Source of the DNA: Promethearchaeota archaeon
GTDB lineage: Archaea; Asgardarchaeota; Thorarchaeia; Thorarchaeales; Thorarchaeaceae
DNA length: 64,000 nt
Direction of reading: 5' to 3'
Assembly: GCA_014728035.1 (NCBI GenBank)
Contig: WJMJ01000046.1
Coordinates: 32,001-96,000 of the forward strand
Below the pieces are notes generated by a model that worked only from the letters and a program-made list of their open reading frames with translations, made no database searches and had not been told where the DNA came from. This document shows, one piece after another, positions 40,895 to 50,333 of this stretch (positions are counted from its first letter, which is position 1; each line of letters begins with the position of its first letter). Position numbers and translations under genes: made by a program.

Positions 40895-41737
40895 GTGATG
40901 AACCCGAACAGATGGCTCATAGGAATAGTTTTTGGGATTATGATGGTGTCGATGATTGTCACACCATCTGTAATGGCTGCAGAAAACGATGGCAGTAAAA
41001 AGATATCCCCAAAGCTTCAGACTTTTGAAATTGATGCGTTTACTTACAGAATATCCTTTCAGCTTTCAGATGGGATAGAAATCTTTCTGCTAAGATGCTC
41101 ATTTAAAACTCTGTACTTGTATCAACACCATCATCCAACAGTTTCAAAACACTACTTCCAATCGTATGTCGGGTTTTACTTCGGAAAGTCCCCTCTCGGA
41201 AGGTCACTTGTTAGCTCGATTGATGTAACTAATCTTGCTTTTTATCCACAATGGATTGATAGCCGAGGAGACCCCCACAATATGCTGGGTGAAACTCCCG
41301 CATTTGCAATCAATGGAAAAATCCGAGACGGACAACTTTCAGGAAATTTCCAGCTGATAGACCCGTATGCATCATCAAGATATTTGCTGCAATTTGGAGG
41401 TACTTTTGAATTCAAAGGTCTCGTCATCACATTAGCAGAGGGAACCAAGTATAATCTCACAGAAAATACCATTCACATCGAAATTGTCAAGGAATTCAAT
41501 GAATATAATCCAAATGAACCAGACATAGCCTCTGGAAATATTGCTCATGATAGCTTTGCAAACTATGCATATCTAACCATAGAAGGTCCAACGCCACTTC
41601 TTCAATTGCTTGATCTAGTAGTTCTTATTTCAGCTGTCAGTCTTGTACTAGTTAGCATCTCACTTTTCATCCTCTGGTTTAAAGGAAGAATAGACCTACC
41701 AATGTTGAAAAGAGTCGCCTCACCATCCCAACAATAG
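40895..41737 (+). CDS. Hypothetical secreted, C-terminally membrane-anchored protein
   Basis: N-terminal signal peptide and a C-terminal TM helix; no recognised family. Confidence 0.7.
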   Translation: MMNPNRWLIGIVFGIMMVSMIVTPSVMAAENDGSKKISPKLQTFEIDAFTYRISFQLSDGIEIFLLRCSFKTLYLYQHHHPTVSKHYFQSYVGFYFGKSPLGRSLVSSIDVTNLAFYPQWIDSRGDPHNMLGETPAFAINGKIRDGQLSGNFQLIDPYASSRYLLQFGGTFEFKGLVITLAEGTKYNLTENTIHIEIVKEFNEYNPNEPDIASGNIAHDSFANYAYLTIEGPTPLLQLLDLVVLISAVSLVLVSISLFILWFKGRIDLPMLKRVASPSQQ

Positions 41738-41799
41738 GCTCCAAATCCGGTTCCCCTAGAGCAACCTTTAAATTTCAATCGTGAAACAATTCGTCTTGA

Positions 41800-41914
41800 T
41801 GGCGGTCATAGTTCCCCGTAATCACCTGCCCTCATCAGAACGCAGAAGTTAAGACGGGGCTACGTTGTGGCAAATGTGCGGTGCGCGAGCCCGTGACAAG
41901 GCCACAAACTGCCA
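41800..41914 (+). rRNA. rrf: 5S rRNA (stand-alone, divergent)
   Basis: Helix I TGGCGG/CTGCCA, CATAG, CATCAGAACGCAGAAGTTAAG loop-C/helix-III consensus, GCGAG in helix IV, ~115 nt; upstream TTTAAA box and downstream T-run. Confidence 0.88.
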
Positions 41915-42012
41915 CATTTTCATTCTTCAAATAACAAAGATCACACAAATACACGCCCGCAACCCGTGTATAGATAGTTAGCCTTAAAGCGAAATTATAG
42001 ATTTGAGCTCTC

Positions 42013-43134
42013 ATGCAATTCGGAGCAGAACCCAATGAGTTCAGTTGGATAATCAACTTAGCATTCTTTGCATTTATCATGATATTCAGCCTCTATGGAC
42101 AGAAAATTCAGATGTGGCAATGGCTGAAACAGATTGAATTAGGTCTAATTGAACTGAAGAAGATGGCATTGGAATCAAGACAGACCGCGATTGACACGTT
42201 CAAGATTTATGGACGTGAGGAAGAATACGTCGCGAAGGAGATTGATCGCTGGAGTGACTTTTTCACAATTATGCCAGTAGACCTTGATCCAGCAGGAGTT
42301 TTACAACGTATCGACCACTTATTCGAACAAAGAAGTGACCGGTTCAAAGAGTTCGTAGGCCAGTTAGCTCCAGAAGCAACAGATAGTGAGAAGCTATCAC
42401 TCGAAAATACACTAGAGGTTGCTCAAGTTCTAGGACTCATATTCCGAGTTGTCAGGCATTTCTATATCCTAGGAAAGAAGACTGGAAGTACCATAATGGT
42501 CATGCAAATTCAGATGCAGCTCCCCGAGTTACTTCGTTTAGCTAAAGCATATCACGGTGCAATCGATGCTTTTGCTGAGGGAAAACCCATTGGGGATGCC
42601 ATTGGGCCTCTTGTTGTGACCAAATTTGCCCGAGAACATGGTGCTACCGCAGATAGCTATATCCCAGAGATAACACGAGAGGTGGGATATTACGAAGTTG
42701 AATTTGAAGGGAGGACAATCTATGCAATTCGCGCTTCTGGGCCTGGAGGAACCGTTGGAAAACCTGGCTTTGCAGTTAAGAAAATGGTGGAGCAAAAATC
42801 TGGCAAGATCACGCGTATAATCACCGTTGACGCAGCTCTGAAGCTAGAAGGAGAAAAAATGGGACGTGTCGCAGAGGGAACTGGAGCAGCCATAGGAGAT
42901 ATAGGTCCTGAGAAACATGCTATTGAACAAACTGCTACCGACCACGGAATCGGTATCGAAGCCATAGTAATCAAAGAGAATGAAGAAGTAGCTGTAGGAG
43001 TAATGGATAAGCGAGTCCTTGATGCGGTTCCAGAAGTTATAGAGAGAATTGAAGCATCTATTAGAAACAGAACGAAGCAGGGAGATCATGTTATTCTCGC
43101 AGGAATAGGTAACACGATCGGTATAGGGCTTTGA
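42013..43134 (+). CDS. DUF1512-like protein
   Basis: PVDLDPAG, KPIGDAIGP, GPGGTVG, VDAALKLEGE and GIGNTIGIG motifs. Confidence 0.8.
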   Translation: MQFGAEPNEFSWIINLAFFAFIMIFSLYGQKIQMWQWLKQIELGLIELKKMALESRQTAIDTFKIYGREEEYVAKEIDRWSDFFTIMPVDLDPAGVLQRIDHLFEQRSDRFKEFVGQLAPEATDSEKLSLENTLEVAQVLGLIFRVVRHFYILGKKTGSTIMVMQIQMQLPELLRLAKAYHGAIDAFAEGKPIGDAIGPLVVTKFAREHGATADSYIPEITREVGYYEVEFEGRTIYAIRASGPGGTVGKPGFAVKKMVEQKSGKITRIITVDAALKLEGEKMGRVAEGTGAAIGDIGPEKHAIEQTATDHGIGIEAIVIKENEEVAVGVMDKRVLDAVPEVIERIEASIRNRTKQGDHVILAGIGNTIGIGL

Positions 43135-43135
43135 G

Positions 43136-43513
43136 GTGAATGAATTGGGATTAGTATCTAAAATAATTGGTTTTCTTATTGCAGCAGCTGGAGGATTTCT
43201 CATCTACTGGGGGTCTCTTCCGGGAATGGAAGCATGGTCGATGATTTTGTTCTTAGTAGGAATTACTGTCGTAGCAATCGGTTCAAGCTTACTCTTTGCA
43301 GGAAGAGGACAAGAGGAACCAGAGCCAGAACCACCAACTGTGACCGAGTTGCAATGCCAAGAACAAGACTGTGATTTCAAGGAGATAAGAGATTTCAAGA
43401 AAGGAGATTTCATTCTTAAAGAAGTGGAACAAGAATGTCCAAAATGTCAAGGACTAATGATGATAGAGGGAATATACATAGTCAGAAAAGAGGAGGAGAC
43501 CCCTCAATTCTGA
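43136..43513 (+). CDS. Two-TM membrane protein with C-terminal zinc ribbon
   Basis: Two hydrophobic helices, then C-x4-C...RDFKKGDF...CPKC...IEGIY. Confidence 0.75.
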   Translation: MNELGLVSKIIGFLIAAAGGFLIYWGSLPGMEAWSMILFLVGITVVAIGSSLLFAGRGQEEPEPEPPTVTELQCQEQDCDFKEIRDFKKGDFILKEVEQECPKCQGLMMIEGIYIVRKEEETPQF

Positions 43514-43515
43514 CT

Positions 43516-44421
43516 CTATTCTGTCAGAATAATTGTTTCATCTTCACTAATGAAGACCGTATGTTCTGATTGACTTGACGGTCTTCCCTTCTTTGTTATT
43601 TGAACGGGATATTTTTCGAGGTATTTGTGTTTGATTAGCTCTAATAACGATTGAAAGATATCGATGTCCTTCGATTTTGTCCCAATCCATCGAGATGTAA
43701 ATGGAAAGGGCCCATATTGTTTTCTGAGATGTAATCGAAGTTTTTCAGTTTCTCCAGTCAGAGGTTCATCCTTAGGAATATTGGAAAAAATATAGATCAA
43801 ATCACTATCTATTACAGATCCAACTCCATTTGTTGCATATGGTTCTATGGCATAGCACTCGCCAATCTCCACAGTTTCGGATGTTCTCGTCTTAACATTG
43901 GGAACAGATTTGCCTGCATGAAGTCGGTATCGTTCTATACTATGCCCAAACAGGTTCTTAATTGGTTTGAGTCCATATGTTTTAATGACTTTTTCAATAA
44001 CCTTTCCAATCTCGCCTAAGGAGGTTCCTGGACGCATTACTCGAATAGCCTCTTGTAATGCATCATCCGTAGCGATGGCAAACCCTTCCAAATCACCACT
44101 CAAATCAATTGTTCTAGCCGTGTCTACAATGTATCCCTCGACATGGACACCAATATCCACCTTTACCATAGCATCAGGAGAAAGTACTGTTGGATCTCCA
44201 ATAGGAGAGGTATAATGAGCGGTATAATGATTTTGACTAATAGTGCAGGGAAATGCAGGTTGGCCACCATATTCCAAGATTTTCTTCTCTGCTAACGTGC
44301 AAAGAGTGAATATCTTACTTTCGGGTTCAAGAATAGCACAAATCTCATCACGAACACGAGCTGCAATTTTTCCAGCTTTGACATGGGAAGGGTGGGGTTT
44401 CGAAGTCAAGTAATACACCAA
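43516..44421 (-). CDS. map: Type II methionine aminopeptidase (copy 2)
   Basis: AFPC, AHYT, D..VHVEGYIVD, GH, AIEP and EHT motifs. Confidence 0.92.
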   Translation of the reverse strand: MVYYLTSKPHPSHVKAGKIAARVRDEICAILEPESKIFTLCTLAEKKILEYGGQPAFPCTISQNHYTAHYTSPIGDPTVLSPDAMVKVDIGVHVEGYIVDTARTIDLSGDLEGFAIATDDALQEAIRVMRPGTSLGEIGKVIEKVIKTYGLKPIKNLFGHSIERYRLHAGKSVPNVKTRTSETVEIGECYAIEPYATNGVGSVIDSDLIYIFSNIPKDEPLTGETEKLRLHLRKQYGPFPFTSRWIGTKSKDIDIFQSLLELIKHKYLEKYPVQITKKGRPSSQSEHTVFISEDETIILTE

Positions 44422-44467
44422 TTCTAACCATGTGAAATGATACTTAAGATATTCCTTAGGCGCGAAT

Positions 44468-45388
44468 CTAGTTTCTTCTAGTAGTCACAATAGCTCCGTC
44501 AGATCCAACAAAAACAGAATGTTCTGCTTGGCCAACCATTCCTTGCTTTCCTTCTAAGAGAACCGGATAAGAGTGGATTACACCGGACCGAACCAAGGTT
44601 CGCAGAACAGATCCAAGGTCAATATTTTCAACCATGCCAAATAACCACCGAGATGCCCAAGGGAGACTTCCAAACTTGCGTCGAGCAATGTTACGAACTC
44701 GTGTGGAGATGGCATCCAATTTTTTCTTACTTGAAAGATTGTTAGAAAAAATGTATGCAAATCTATCATTGCGAATAGTGCCATTGCCATCAGTGGAAAA
44801 AGGTTCTATCGCATAACACTCGCCCAACATCATTTTTTCAGAAGAACGTGTAGACACGTTTGGCACGTTCTTACCAGCATGAAGTATACCACGACGAAGT
44901 TGATGACCTGAAAGCTGATGGACTGGCTTCAAACCATAAGATTTGATTCTCTTTTCAATAACTGAACCAATATCACCAAGCCGAACCCCTGGGCGAACCA
45001 TAGAAATGGCTTCTTTCAATGCATCTTCTGCAGCCAATTTGAACTTCTCGTATGAGCCATCAAGATCCACTGTAAGTGCAGTATCGGATAGATATCCATT
45101 TACACTGACTCCAAGATCAATTTTGACAAGTCCTTTTTCGGGAAAAATTTTGGTGTCACCATATGGACTTGTATAATGTGCAGCCTCTTGATTTATTGAA
45201 ATATTACAGGGAAAAGCGGGTCTACACCCCTTCCCGCCATATTCCAAGATTTTCTTCTCTGCCAATGTGCAAATGCGTAATACTTTTTCTCCAGCTTTTA
45301 TGTGATGCACTATATCATTCATTACGCGCGCTGCTATTTTGCCAGCAATTACAAAATCAGGATGTGGAGTCCCTGTCATAATGACCAC
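44468..45388 (-). CDS. map: Type II methionine aminopeptidase (copy 1)
   Basis: AFPCN, AAHYT, D..VSVNGYLSD, GH, AIEP and EHS motifs. Confidence 0.92.
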   Translation of the reverse strand: MVIMTGTPHPDFVIAGKIAARVMNDIVHHIKAGEKVLRICTLAEKKILEYGGKGCRPAFPCNISINQEAAHYTSPYGDTKIFPEKGLVKIDLGVSVNGYLSDTALTVDLDGSYEKFKLAAEDALKEAISMVRPGVRLGDIGSVIEKRIKSYGLKPVHQLSGHQLRRGILHAGKNVPNVSTRSSEKMMLGECYAIEPFSTDGNGTIRNDRFAYIFSNNLSSKKKLDAISTRVRNIARRKFGSLPWASRWLFGMVENIDLGSVLRTLVRSGVIHSYPVLLEGKQGMVGQAEHSVFVGSDGAIVTTRRN

Positions 45389-45487
45389 AAATTGAACGAA
45401 ACATCCTTTGACTTAAGCAGTTCTATTGTGACTGGCGAAAAATAGAAGAATGATATAATACTATATCAAGAATAGGAAGAATTCAAG

Positions 45488-46156
45488 ATGAAGATTACAT
45501 ATTTAGGCCACGCATCATTTAAGATTGAAGGAGATGGAAAGACCATCTTTGTAGATCCTTGGCTAACAGGGCCGAAATCTACTACGAGTATAGATAAAGT
45601 TGACAAGGCAGATATAGTTCTTGTTACTCACGACCACGGCGATCATGGATATGCAGAGGCAATTAAGATTTGCAAAAAGACGGGGGCAACTTTTGTAGCA
45701 ATAAATGAACTTGGAATAAAAGCAAAAGATGAGGGAGTGTCGAATGTTCACACGCTTAATATAGGTGGTAGTGTGATGATAGAAGATGTTGTTGTGACGC
45801 TCGTTCAGGCATTCCATTCAAGCGCAAAAGGAGGACCCACTGGATTCATTGTGAAATTCCCAAGTGGAACATTCTATCATGCGGGAGATACAGGTATTTT
45901 TTCAACAATGAAAATATTTGGGGAATTATACAAACCTGATGTCTGCTTACTCCCAATCGGCAGCTATTACACTATGGACATACAGCAAGCAGCAATGGCA
46001 ACAAAATTGCTAAATCCTAAATATGTCATTCCTATGCATTATGATACTTTTCCAGTCATCCAAGCGGACCCCAAAGAATTCAAAGAGCTAGTTAGAAAAG
46101 TAAACCCGGAAACGGAAACTAGAATTTTGAAACCTGGAGAGTCAACTGAGATTTAG
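45488..46156 (+). CDS. Metallo-beta-lactamase-fold hydrolase (UPF0173-like)
   Basis: LGHASF, THDHGDH, YHAGDT and PMHY motifs. Confidence 0.92.
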   Translation: MKITYLGHASFKIEGDGKTIFVDPWLTGPKSTTSIDKVDKADIVLVTHDHGDHGYAEAIKICKKTGATFVAINELGIKAKDEGVSNVHTLNIGGSVMIEDVVVTLVQAFHSSAKGGPTGFIVKFPSGTFYHAGDTGIFSTMKIFGELYKPDVCLLPIGSYYTMDIQQAAMATKLLNPKYVIPMHYDTFPVIQADPKEFKELVRKVNPETETRILKPGESTEI

Positions 46157-46163
46157 AAGTAAA

Positions 46164-46399
46164 ACGGTGGTCGATGCCTCTCGCCCATCACACCAACTCC
46201 CAGTATCATAGCAACGGATATTGCATCCGGCTCTACTGAGCTGTCTCGCGGAGGGTCTCACAGCATCGACCTGCCCGCCAATGTACGATGCCTGGGTGAC
46301 CCGAAGTTCATCTGAAAGACATTCGTCTTCATCACTCAAGTCCGTTACGACTCGTCCGATTGGTCTTTGGCAGGCTTTGTTCAAGTTGTGACCCACCAT
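46164..46399 (-). ncRNA. Candidate structured non-coding RNA of unknown family (~236 nt)
   Basis: GC-rich island, paired ends ATGGTGG/CCACCGT followed by a T-run, several internal stems, cUUCGg loop. Confidence 0.6.
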
Positions 46400-46897
46400 T
46401 TGCGCACTATATCATAGGAATTAACCTCAATGTGCCCTCGAAAATGGGTCTTGAATCACTTGAACATGATTGAATTGACATCAATCGTTATTAGATTTGT
46501 TAATTGTGTGTTACAGGTATCATTTTTTGGTCCAAATCAATCTGACATAACGACAGCTTCAAATAAGCAATTGTCAAGAGTCAACAAGTACGGTGGACCA
46601 ATATGGGTCTACTTTGCAAATCATCAATTCATCATAATTACATGCGCCATGAACTCCCCAATTGATTTTATCAAATGACGAGTTACCGCTGCGCAAATCA
46701 CATGACAATTATCATTCACATCATTCACAGGATTATCAACTTGTCAATCACACTGCAAAAACTAGGCAGAGTTTGAGAATATGGATTTATACTGAGTGAG
46801 CTGGAGTGGGAATAGTACTCTATTCCTGATGTGCATAAGAGCGGTTGCCCCGTGTCTTACGAGGGAGATTATGGTAGCAATATCATAGGAGAAGTGT

Positions 46898-48163
46898 ATA
46901 GAAATCGGAGCAGGCGATTTCGACTCAAGTACCGCCAAGTACGTCATTCGAGCAAAAATCGAAGTTGACGGAGTCGTTGACAAACCAGACGTTGTTGGTG
47001 CAGTATTTGGTCAAACGGAAGGGCTTCTTGGAGAAGACCTAGATCTACGCGAATTACAACGCACAGGAAGAATCGGAAGAATACAGATTGCTATCCGTTC
47101 ACAGGGCGGAAACAGCACTGGTGAGATAGTCATTCCAGTATCTCTTAACAAGACTGCTACTGCAATACTTGCCGCATCTCTAGAAACAGTTGATAGAGTA
47201 GGTCCTTGTACAGCAAAGATTACTCTAGAAAAACTTGAGGATATTAGAGGAGCCAAAAGGCGGAAAGTGGTAAGTAGAGCGATTAGCATTTTGAAAGGGT
47301 GGGAGGAAGACATTGCACCAGGTGCCGAAGAAATCAAAGGAGCTGTAACCCGGGCTAGCAAGAAATCCGTGACGAAATATGGTTCTGAAAAACTACCAGC
47401 TGGGCCAGATTTGTCGTCAAGTGACGAGATTATCATTGTTGAAGGACGTGCGGATATAATCACTCTCATGAAGAGTGGAATCAACAATACAATTGCTGTA
47501 GAGGGAACACATGTACCAAAAACCATTATGGAATTGACTAAGAAGAAGGGTAAAACCATTATTGCATTTCTTGATGGGGATCGAGGAGGAGATCTGATAC
47601 TAAGAGAGCTTATGCAGGTAGCCCAAGTTGATTATATTGCGAGGGCACCAAAAGGAAAAGAAGTAGAGGATCTAACACGCCATGAGATCACAAAGGCGTT
47701 ACAGGCTAAAATTCCTGCAGAACAAGCACTTGCACTAGTTAAGGGAAGAAGTTCAAAACAAAAACAAACAAGAAAGTCAACCCGTTCCAAGAGCAGAGAG
47801 TCAAAAAGGGATAAGCCATCCCGTCGGAAAGAACCAAGGTCGAGAGAGAGAAAAACCACCACAAGAACATCTACAGTAGATGCAGTATTTTTGGAAAAAG
47901 TAAAGGAAATCAAGGAAACATTCCAAGCGGTCCTTTATAGTGAAGAGCAGAAAATCATAGATCAGTGCGGAGTAGCAGATTTAGCTCAAACCCTTGAGAG
48001 AACAAATGATGTGACAACAGTCGTTTTTGATGGAGTTGTAACTCAAAGGTTAGTTGATATTGCAGCTGAAAAGAAGATTGAAACTCTTATCGCAGCAGCT
48101 GTGGTGGACTTAGATAACAAGCCACGAGGCGTCAAAATAATAACATTTGAAGACGTAAAGTAA
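46898..48163 (+). CDS. dnaG: Archaeal DnaG (TOPRIM, exosome-associated); start non-canonical and uncertain
   Basis: The conserved N-terminus KYVIRA...DVVGAVFGQTEGLLG lies ~330 nt upstream of the first canonical start; TOPRIM motifs VEGRAD and DGDRGG. Confidence 0.93.
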   Translation: MEIGAGDFDSSTAKYVIRAKIEVDGVVDKPDVVGAVFGQTEGLLGEDLDLRELQRTGRIGRIQIAIRSQGGNSTGEIVIPVSLNKTATAILAASLETVDRVGPCTAKITLEKLEDIRGAKRRKVVSRAISILKGWEEDIAPGAEEIKGAVTRASKKSVTKYGSEKLPAGPDLSSSDEIIIVEGRADIITLMKSGINNTIAVEGTHVPKTIMELTKKKGKTIIAFLDGDRGGDLILRELMQVAQVDYIARAPKGKEVEDLTRHEITKALQAKIPAEQALALVKGRSSKQKQTRKSTRSKSRESKRDKPSRRKEPRSRERKTTTRTSTVDAVFLEKVKEIKETFQAVLYSEEQKIIDQCGVADLAQTLERTNDVTTVVFDGVVTQRLVDIAAEKKIETLIAAAVVDLDNKPRGVKIITFEDVK

Positions 48164-48301
48164 GTTACATACCGTAAATAATAATGGCCATTTCCCCACC
48201 ATTTATGTACTCTCTGTGAGTGAAAACCTACAAGAAATAACTCACAGAGGGTATTGCCCCCTGTTTTTGTAAGTTTGACCGTACAAAGGAGTTAGAATGC
48301 C

Positions 48302-48748
48302 ATGGGAAACTCGACTTTCGAAATAAAACTTAGTAAAACACAGAAAGAAAAAGTGCATCAAATCCAACTTGGAGGCGAAAAGAGTACACTAGTATGTCCT
48401 CCACCAATGATTGGTGAGATTGATGATGCAACCAGCCCGCACCATTTATTTTTAGCATCAGTGGGAGCATGTGTCAATCTTGTATTTGAGATAGCGTTAT
48501 CCAAAGCTAGAGTGGAATTATACGATATCCAATCGGATATTGTTGGGGAATATGAAACTATTGAAGAAACTAATGAGAGCAAATTCACGAAAATAAGGAT
48601 TACAACTTATGCCACGGTTCCAGAAGGAGTTCCTGAGAGCAAGATTCAACGCCTCTATTCTTTAGCACATGGAAATTGTCCGATTGGTAATTGCCTTGTA
48701 GGTTCATGTGTAGATTTGGAAACCAAGCTTGAAATCACCTACAAATAA
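48302..48748 (+). CDS. OsmC/Ohr family protein
   Basis: SP..LFLASVGAC ... CPI two-Cys pattern. Confidence 0.85.
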   Translation: MGNSTFEIKLSKTQKEKVHQIQLGGEKSTLVCPPPMIGEIDDATSPHHLFLASVGACVNLVFEIALSKARVELYDIQSDIVGEYETIEETNESKFTKIRITTYATVPEGVPESKIQRLYSLAHGNCPIGNCLVGSCVDLETKLEITYK

Positions 48749-48848
48749 TACTTCAACGTGGAGAATGATATCTCCACTATATTTTTTGTATCAAGAATAC
48801 CGTGTATTACTCACAATTATGTCAGGTTAATTCAATTCACTTCTTGAT

Positions 48849-50306
48849 GTGACCAGTAAAATGGATGCTGACAAAAAAGATGAATTCCTGCAAATAGAAA
48901 CCACTGCTGAGATTAGTGTTAGCAGCAATCCATTTGAGAAAATAATAGGACAGGAACATGCAATATCACTTGTGAAGTCAGCAGTAATGCAAAGAAGACA
49001 TGTCTTGCTCTGTGGAGTGCCAGGAATAGGAAAATCCATGCTAGCGAAAGCAGCAGCAACATTGCTTCAAGCCCCAAAACATGAGATTAGAATTCATAAC
49101 AATCCAGAGAACCCGGAGAGACCAATCATTTCAGTCCATGATTGTGATTATTCACAAAAAGATGATGATGTATCAGACTATATCGACACAAAATACGCTC
49201 GTCCTGAGGAGTTGCCCTTTGACATAGGAGTTGAAATGGGATACCGATGCCCAAGGTGTGGCAGCTATTCGCTTCCAGAGCACAACTTGTGTATGGAATG
49301 TGGATCTAGCAAGAGATGTGACCACATTGGAGATAACTCGTATCATGGCCTGTTTCGTATGCTTGATGTTATCCAGGAACCAGCTCTTGGAAGCCATTCT
49401 TGCTACGAAGAAATTGATGGGACAGTTTATGAAGTTCTATATCAAAGAACAAATCGAGATACTATTCAGATAACAAGACAAGTAGCGAAAAGTCAGGCAT
49501 ATCCACGAGAAGAAAAAATGGATATTTCACAGAGGATACTCGTATCTAGAAATACTTCACGATTCATAAGAGTGAGCGGAGCAAGTCCTGTTGAACTCTT
49601 GGGAGACGTAAAACATGACCCATATGGTGGTGAAAGAGGACTTGGAAAGGAAGCATATCTTCGAGTGATACCCGGTGCGATTCATGAGGCTCATGAAGGA
49701 ATATTGTATGTGGATGAGATAGCGGCACTTGGTTCATATCAGAAACATCTACTAACCGCAATGCAAGACAAGAAATATGCAATTTCTGGGCATAACGCTC
49801 AAAGTTCAGGAGCATCGGTGAGAGTTGATGACGTTCCTTGTGATTTCATACTTTTTGCGTCTTGTAACTTAGAAGATATACAAAAAATAATCCCTCCATT
49901 ACGTTCGCGAATTCGCGGATATGGATATGAGATCATGTTAAACTCATGGGTTGATAAGAATTCAAGCAGTATAAATGACCTCTATCGTTTTGTAGCTCAA
50001 ACTGTCAAAGAAGACGGAAAGATTCCACACTTCACCCAAGAAGCACTGGAAGAAGTAATTGATTATGCTGAAGAAATGGCAGAGAGTCATGATGGGAAAC
50101 GGAATGCACTTACACTCCGTCTGCGAGAATTAGGTGGCTTAGTACGAATAGCAGGAGACCTCGCCGTACAGGACGACTGTGAGATAACAGAGCCGATATA
50201 TGTAAAGCGAGCAAAATCAATCTGCAAGGGAATAGAGCTCCGAATTCATGGAAGAACCAAGTCTACTGAACAAGTGCATCGAGATTACGGAAGCTATTTC
50301 TTCTAA
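48849..50306 (+). CDS. Archaeal LonB-like AAA+ ATPase without protease domain, with zinc-ribbon insert
   Basis: IIGQE, GVPGIGKS (Walker A), LLGDVKHDP, LYVDE (Walker B), LRSRIRGYG and LRELGGL motifs. Confidence 0.85.
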   Translation: MTSKMDADKKDEFLQIETTAEISVSSNPFEKIIGQEHAISLVKSAVMQRRHVLLCGVPGIGKSMLAKAAATLLQAPKHEIRIHNNPENPERPIISVHDCDYSQKDDDVSDYIDTKYARPEELPFDIGVEMGYRCPRCGSYSLPEHNLCMECGSSKRCDHIGDNSYHGLFRMLDVIQEPALGSHSCYEEIDGTVYEVLYQRTNRDTIQITRQVAKSQAYPREEKMDISQRILVSRNTSRFIRVSGASPVELLGDVKHDPYGGERGLGKEAYLRVIPGAIHEAHEGILYVDEIAALGSYQKHLLTAMQDKKYAISGHNAQSSGASVRVDDVPCDFILFASCNLEDIQKIIPPLRSRIRGYGYEIMLNSWVDKNSSSINDLYRFVAQTVKEDGKIPHFTQEALEEVIDYAEEMAESHDGKRNALTLRLRELGGLVRIAGDLAVQDDCEITEPIYVKRAKSICKGIELRIHGRTKSTEQVHRDYGSYFF

Positions 50307-50333
50307 GGATTCAGAATCTTCTTTGATGCTACT

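Noticed and set aside
46370-46398. Plus-strand GTTCAAG...CCACCA resembling a tRNA/tmRNA 3' end
   Set aside because: No T-stem pairing and too few bases between loop and CCA; GU pairs and tetraloops favour the minus strand.
46142-46399. 85-aa ORF over the GC-rich island
   Set aside because: No recognisable motif; better explained as a by-product of a structured RNA.
46164-46399. Identification as SRP RNA, RNase P RNA, SECIS, hammerhead or cobalamin riboswitch
   Set aside because: The defining consensus elements are missing or only partly matched (for example an isolated GACCTGCC); cannot be assigned by eye.
46711-46728. ATCATTCAC tandem repeat in an AT-rich gap (origin or CRISPR?)
   Set aside because: Only two copies, no spacers, no ORB-like G-string repeats and no cdc6 or cas genes nearby.
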